From positions 13,330,001 through 13,394,000 of the forward strand of contig CM097887.1 in the NCBI GenBank assembly GCA_044892525.1: a stretch of DNA of 64,000 nucleotides, written 5' to 3'. Each line of letters opens with the position of its first letter. Position 1 is the stretch's first letter. This DNA comes from Schmidtea polychroa (Eukaryota). The translations under genes and the position numbers were made by a program. The notes beneath the pieces are model-generated. The model saw nothing but the letters and a program-made list of their open reading frames with translations, had not been told where the DNA came from and did no database searches. Positions 57,750 to 64,000 of the stretch are shown one piece after another.

Positions 57750-59300
57750 TTCCCCCTCATTGGCAATCGTTAAAAGCGGCGTAATCATCAGTTACATACA
57801 TTATTGTTTCACGGATATAATGCTCAAGATCCATTAGATTATCGAACAAGTCGACTATAACAAATATGATCCGAATTTTCCAATTCACCAACTGTGATAG
57901 ACTATGCCTTGTACTTGTTTAGAGGCGAATTGTTTTGGTTCTCAATATAAAAAATCATTTCTGTTATTCTCGCATGTTATATTGAAGTTAATTACCGGGG
58001 TTATACTACTGTGTCCTATATATTAGATAGATTTCTCTTCTGTTCTGTGCGATTGCCTAATCGTTGGAAATTCGTTTGTTACTTGGATATGATCGTGGAA
58101 ATAATCAGGGTGTATTTTGTCATTCATCGCTCTCTCTTCACGAAACGAATCTTGTTGCATCTCTCTGAAGTTACTAGCCTTTTGAATTACGATGTGGCAA
58201 TAATGGAATTTTAGTCCTCATGTTGTGATAAATTTCTCTCTCATGAAATTTTGGCTGAAATCATCATTCTAACTTGTGATAAAGAAAATATTAACTATAA
58301 TGGTTAGTGAGCTAATTATGATCTCTACCGATTGCTCTAAATGCTACAATTCACAAAATAGGGTTGCTGCCATTCATATTATTGAAATATCATTCTGGTT
58401 GTTTGTGGGATCAATTCAAAAATTATCACTAATATCATCACCCACGCAACACTCGCATCATCATTATCGCTAAACCATTATTATCATAATTTTGCTATTA
58501 ATTAGCTGGATTTAGGAGTTTGAGTAAATCTACCTACGATAATCTTTCTTGGAGTCTCGGTTGAATATATTTGGGTAAGGGCCTCTCTCAATCCTCACAA
58601 TGATATTTACTATGATTCTACTCCAACAGTTATCTTTAACTAACCTCGACCTGGTTGACGGTCTAAATATATTATTATGAGTCGACTGTTAGCATCAGTT
58701 TGTTTTAATTGAATTTGAGTTTGCAGTTGATTGTTCGCCGTTTTGGAAATTTTGGCAGGGATGACCTTATGTTGCTCATTAATTACGATGTTGGGTTGTA
58801 AATGTGGTTTAGGCGTATCGATTGTAATTATTTCTTAGTAATTTGTGGCTTTTCAACACTAGTTTTATTACTTACATAGACTTTTATTCGTAGTTACTCG
58901 TGACTTCTTGCAGTGTTATTCGAATTTAAGAATACTGAGATTAATTGTCGTTTCCTTCGGCACACTCGACTTCGGGAAAATGAACGTTTAGTGTAATATT
59001 TAGTAGAATTAAATGTTGAGTTTGGGCATATTGTAATTAACATACTCTATAAGTCATTTAACTAAAGTTGTTCGATTTCCCGGCCGACTCGACACGGTAC
59101 GACGAACCCTAGTGTTATGTATGATCGCATCTATATCCGAACCAAAAGCCAGTTGTAGCCGCAGACACTTAATTATGTTCAGTTTAAACCAAACATAGTT
59201 TCATCAACTACGTTCAGCACCACGAAGTATTTTTAGTCGGAAACACTACACTGAATACACATCACAGCCAACCGCCACTCCGGGTTATGATATGATTTTG
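57750..59300 (-). pseudogene. Possible highly degenerate LTR-retrotransposon relic
   Basis: Minus-strand purine tract GAGGGGAAGTG followed by TG at ~57750, and a knuckle-like GHPC fragment near 58770; no intact motif series. Confidence 0.3.
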
Positions 59301-61379
59301 ACTTGTATAATAATGATGTAGTGTTTTCTGTTATTTTTGTTTACTTGATGTTTCTTATGTTTTATTTTAAGTACACTTAATGATGTGTGTTATGTGTCGA
59401 TGCATTCCGTCACAATCTTAACTTAGGGTCTAAAATTCAGTTCTAGCCCAACAACATTAATAACTTATGAATAAAGGTTTTCATAAAAATTTGTCATATT
59501 TTATATATGCTGGTGTAAATTAATTTTTAACAAGTTATATTTCTAAAAAGACACGACAGACTTTACGGCATTTTTACTTAAGAAATTAAAAATAGTAAAA
59601 AATCAAGAGTGCAAAAAATGTTTTTATAGCTTTGTTATTTTCATGTTTATTTATAGAAGAAATTTTCTTTTAACCTTAAGGTAACGCAGCTTTATTTTCT
59701 ATTAAATCGATTAATTTTTAATTCAGTAGACGCGTCCTTTAAATGAATTATGAAAATGTAATAAATAATTAAATTAAAACCAATGACTAGATTAATCTAT
59801 ATTTGTTGACCTTGACATATTTTTAATAACGTGATAACTTTGAAAATTTATTCATATCAAAGTGCTTCAAAGTCCTAACTACATACTACTATTATTATTC
59901 TATATCCTATCTATTATATTAATATTTATTCATTAATTATATTTTGCATTCAGATCATATTGGGGTTAAATAAAAAAATATTGGGGGTAAATAAAAAAGT
60001 TGAGACGCTGATTAGAAGATTTTTTTATATATGTTTCTATTACTAATTCCTTTTCACTACATAATATTAATCGGTATAGTAAAACGAATTGGTGCGATGC
60101 TGGTGTGAGAATGGTAAAATGATTACAACGATGTGGTGTTGAAATTGCAGTTATAAAACCAAACGTTATTCTGAAATATATTAAATTTATGGGAGGCTTT
60201 GATCGTGATCTACATACTGTTTTTTGCGGAAATCGTTGAAGTGCTCTACAAAATTTTTTTAATTCTTGTTTGATTTTTTACAAATTTTTATTAAAAATAC
60301 TGTCGGGTAGCTGTCCATTACCCATACTAAAAAAATCTTCGGGTGCAAAGTTAAAAGTGATAAATAGATCTTTGAAATATATTAATAGTTTTTCCTCATC
60401 TAGTCAGGCAACCGCAATGAAAAAACTTGCTAAATATATTTTGTATTTAAAATATGTAGGAAAATATTGTCACTGTTATTGCCATACCATGAAAAATCAT
60501 TATATTAACGATGTCATTATTATACGGTGTATAGTAAAATTAAAAAAAACAATAGGTGAAAGATCTACTAATGAAAAGCAGAATATGTACCATTCACTTT
60601 TACTTAAATATGCATCAAGTTTTCGATAACTCGTTTCCACATAAAAGGTAATTTAGGTATGCCACTTTCCCAAAACAACCACAAAGGCAAAATATACTTG
60701 TTTTGAAGGGAAATATCTCTTCTACTCATATAACCCTGACTTGATAAATAGAAAACAAGATATATACCGGTATTCCCATCTATCGACCAAATAATGAATT
60801 ACTTTTTTCCCCAAAATTATATATGGGATAAATAATAAACAACGATAGTAGATGGATATGTCCCATCCACACCACTACCCCCGTGGAGAAATTTTTTTTA
60901 AACTCGGAATTTTATAACGAACAAAAAATTATATAGTCCATATATAGAAAAAATGCATAGTTTCCATGGAAAATGAGCTCCAAAGACTCAAACTTCAACA
61001 TCAAATGCCATAATTTAACATCATTCATATATTATCAAACATAGAAAATCTTATATTATAGAAATAAATTCATATTCTTCAACACATGGTGGGACAATGA
61101 ACAAAAGCTTTAATAAAATACTTAGAAAAATATTTTTAAAAATATGAAAGTACTTTAAAGTGAAGGTCAAACCACTTGACTTAGAAAAAATTTTGAAAAA
61201 TAAAAATGCCTGGATAAATGTGAAAAATTTAAGGTCACAACACTGAAAATTTTTATAAAAAAATACTTGGAAAAAATCAACAAATTTTCTAGAAAAAATC
61301 ACATGGATTATTTACAAAAAATTTCCAAATCACAAATTCACCAAAATAAATTTCCCAAAATTTAAAAAAGTCCCAAAAA

Positions 61380-63570
61380 TAAATTTCCCAAATTTTAAAA
61401 AGCCTTTCAATATCCGAATTTATACACTCATGCAATATAGATTCAAGATTATTATAAACCCAAGTAAAATCGGCATACTGAAGTTTTTGGCTAAGAGCCC
61501 AAACATACAAATTATTAATATCAATATATAATAATTCTGTATTCTCCGAAGTTGAAACATGATGCTTGTTAACAAATGTCAAACCACCTCGTATTCCTCC
61601 CTTATAAAAATTGAATGTTATAGAAATTCAGAGGTTCAAGACCATTGTAAGCAATGGCCTTTGCACGGAATTGTTGGAAATAATCAGCCAAGAGAAATAC
61701 ATCTAATTTAAGATAAGTTAACATGTAGTCCAAAAGATTATTAAAATTCTGCCGAGTCCAAATTTGTTGGGCAGTAGCATATTCATCAACCGTAACACCT
61801 TCACAAATTGGTGGCAATTCAAGTGTAGATTCTAGAATTTCTAATGAAGTAGCAAAATTATAAGGGAAAATGCCTTTACAAGTCATAATAAAATCTTCAA
61901 AAGCAGATGATGTCAAAGGAAGATCCGACAGAGTTTTTACAGCCTTTGCCAAAGAACAATTAACAAATTGCAATTTTTGATATAAGAGATTAATATTATA
62001 AAATTTTTCAGTGCTAGTATGGTCCATATGGATAATATTCAACACCCACGATAGAAAATTTCAAAACACAATCAGTACCAATGAAATTATATTATGATTT
62101 TGTATTTGTGTAGTTGTTAATTAGTAAAAGGCCTGTGGATATTAGATAATGTATTTAATGATGTATTACATCTTTAGTAAAACCGATTCGAAATCGGCAT
62201 AAATTACAAATGGTGGGGTATTAGTTTTCGCAAAATTTTCGAATTGCAAGTTTTTATTTGTAGGAAGAGTGTAAAGAGTCATTCCTATCTGCTTTTTACT
62301 ACACAATGCAACATGTCTATCAAAAGCATGTTGTAATCAAAATCCATTAAGGCAATGAGGGCACCAATTAACTCTTATTCTTATCGAGCAATCTATATTA
62401 GGATGACATTTCATTAAACGTTGCAAGTTGATAATGGCCGTATAATGATAGTTATCACCATCTTCAAGAAGTAGCAAGTACACAGGTATGCTATCAATAA
62501 CTTGGGATCTATGTATAATATCAAGGTGAGGATGATGTGGCACATAAGCATCATCAGTATTACTGTCATTGTCTATAATAATTACATGTTTGTATGAAAA
62601 TACACTTATAGCAAGGTTTAGATGAAGATTTTTTTCCTCAAATTTCAATATGTTACACATTGTCATGGGACAATCAGTTATAGGGTCATAATTAATCTCA
62701 TTCAAGAAACCGGTATACTTGCTCACTCTATTCCAATGATTTCTAATTTGATCATGTTTTAATACAGCAGGTACAATATATAAAAAGCACATATTTTGTG
62801 TATTCTTAATGTTTACTATTGCAGTTTTATTATACTACGATGTTGGTGTTGGTATATATGAATGGCCAGATAAGCGAATAATTGGATAATATTTTGTCAA
62901 GATAAACCCAATTTCTTTAATTTTATTTATTCTCCACCCACTACCGAGATGTGTAAATTTATCTATTTTTTCGTTTAATTTTTGTGACCCTTTAATCAAA
63001 AAATCATCCGAGAAAACAAGTGCTGTATTTGAAAAATAGTTGTACTTAATTTCTCCATCTTTTTCAAATTGGATAAAAACTGTAAATTTTTTTTACAGAC
63101 CCCATCTTGCTTATTTCTAATGCAAGACGGTCCTTAATTTTATCGGTTAAAGATATTTGAATCAATTGATGCTAAGAAACATCCAATCGTAGATTTTTTC
63201 GAGCACCTTGAAACTCGATAGTTATAATAGGATCATCGTCTACATGTAAAGATCCTCCTACTTGATTAATAGGAATACGAGGGGAATCAGCAACATCGGC
63301 TTCATCGTCACTTATAATTATAATCTCTTTTTTAATAATTTTAGTTGCGACAACTTCATTTTTATTTTCTGCAGACCTTTTATTGTTATTATTAATTATT
63401 TTAAGATTTTGCCTATCTTTTTTAATACTTGTAGTGGCGACAACATCATTTTTATTTGCTGCGTGCCTTTTATTGTTATTATTATTAATTATATTAAGAG
63501 ATTGCCTATTAAAGATTTCTTTAAAAATTTCGTTCTTATTTGATAACTGATTTAAATGTGTAGTGTTCAC
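61380..63570 (-). pseudogene. PolB pseudogene of a third, more diverged Maverick subfamily
   Basis: Fragments: IIISDDE..NQVGGSL, NIKNTQNMCFLY, LLLLEDGDNYHY, KGIFPYNFATSLE, DVFLLADYFQQFRAK, LYIDINNLY. Confidence 0.88.
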
Positions 63571-64000
63571 TATAAAACTCTTTAAAAGTAGAAGGGTTAA
63601 TAGTCTTGCATTTGGGACATATAAAATATTCGATTCCGTTGAATCTACGACCTTAATATGATGTCATTCGATCATGGCATTTGGAGTTATGGCCGATTCC
63701 AGATACACAGTATCGAGGATATAAAGAACCTGATAAATATAAAATAAACAAGTCGTAGTTATATAATATATTATTAATATTTTAGTGGCAAATTTATATT
63801 TTGAATTTATATTTCATTTTATTAACACAAACGCATAAATTATCATTTAATTGTTTAATATTGTTATCGGTGTCGCGACATTTTGACCCCAACGACATAT
63901 ATTTGATTATCTAATAAAAAAATTTAAATAAACTTTATTGATTTTAATTATTCTTAATGAAAATATTCTATTTGAACAATAAATATCCAAAAATCTTTTA

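Noticed and set aside
60270-60629. ORF with faint KL..Y..YL similarity to the RING ORF at 138
   Set aside because: Similarity too short for AT-rich sequence and no RING pattern
1-64000. Assigning the host species, and tRNA/rRNA genes
   Set aside because: Short introns and low GC fit several compact invertebrate genomes but nothing is diagnostic; no structural RNA signature seen

Overview
AT-rich eukaryotic (probably invertebrate animal) scaffold segment with seven N-gaps. It is made almost entirely of mobile DNA and has no clear host gene. The centrepiece is a complete 14,993-bp Maverick/Polinton-type endogenous virus (33347-48339) with ~1.43-1.44-kb terminal inverted repeats, AG...CT ends and a perfect 6-bp TCTGCA target-site duplication. 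It encodes the expected core: protein-primed PolB (split by a 2-nt frameshift), integrase-chromodomain, packaging ATPase, adenain-like protease, and major and minor capsid proteins. It also carries unusual cargo: a compact TATA-binding-protein (TBP) homolog, a degenerate DEDD/Maelstrom-like protein, a 56-aa Lys-rich histone-H1-like ORF missed by the ORF track, a 157-aa gene duplicated inside both TIRs, and at least three genes with short (37-51 bp) GT-AG introns. One of these is a three-exon Asn-rich gene whose exons differ far more than its introns between copies. Two further decayed Maverick copies (9.1-15.9 kb; 61.4-63.6 kb) and Maverick-like terminal arrays rich in nuclear-receptor half-site and AP-1 motifs are present. 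Other elements: three pogo/Tigger transposons (one intact), a hAT nested in a piggyBac, Ty3/Gypsy and BEL-like relics, several MITEs and a degenerate IAP-type RING ORF. All calls are from motif recognition and hand alignment; no database search was run.
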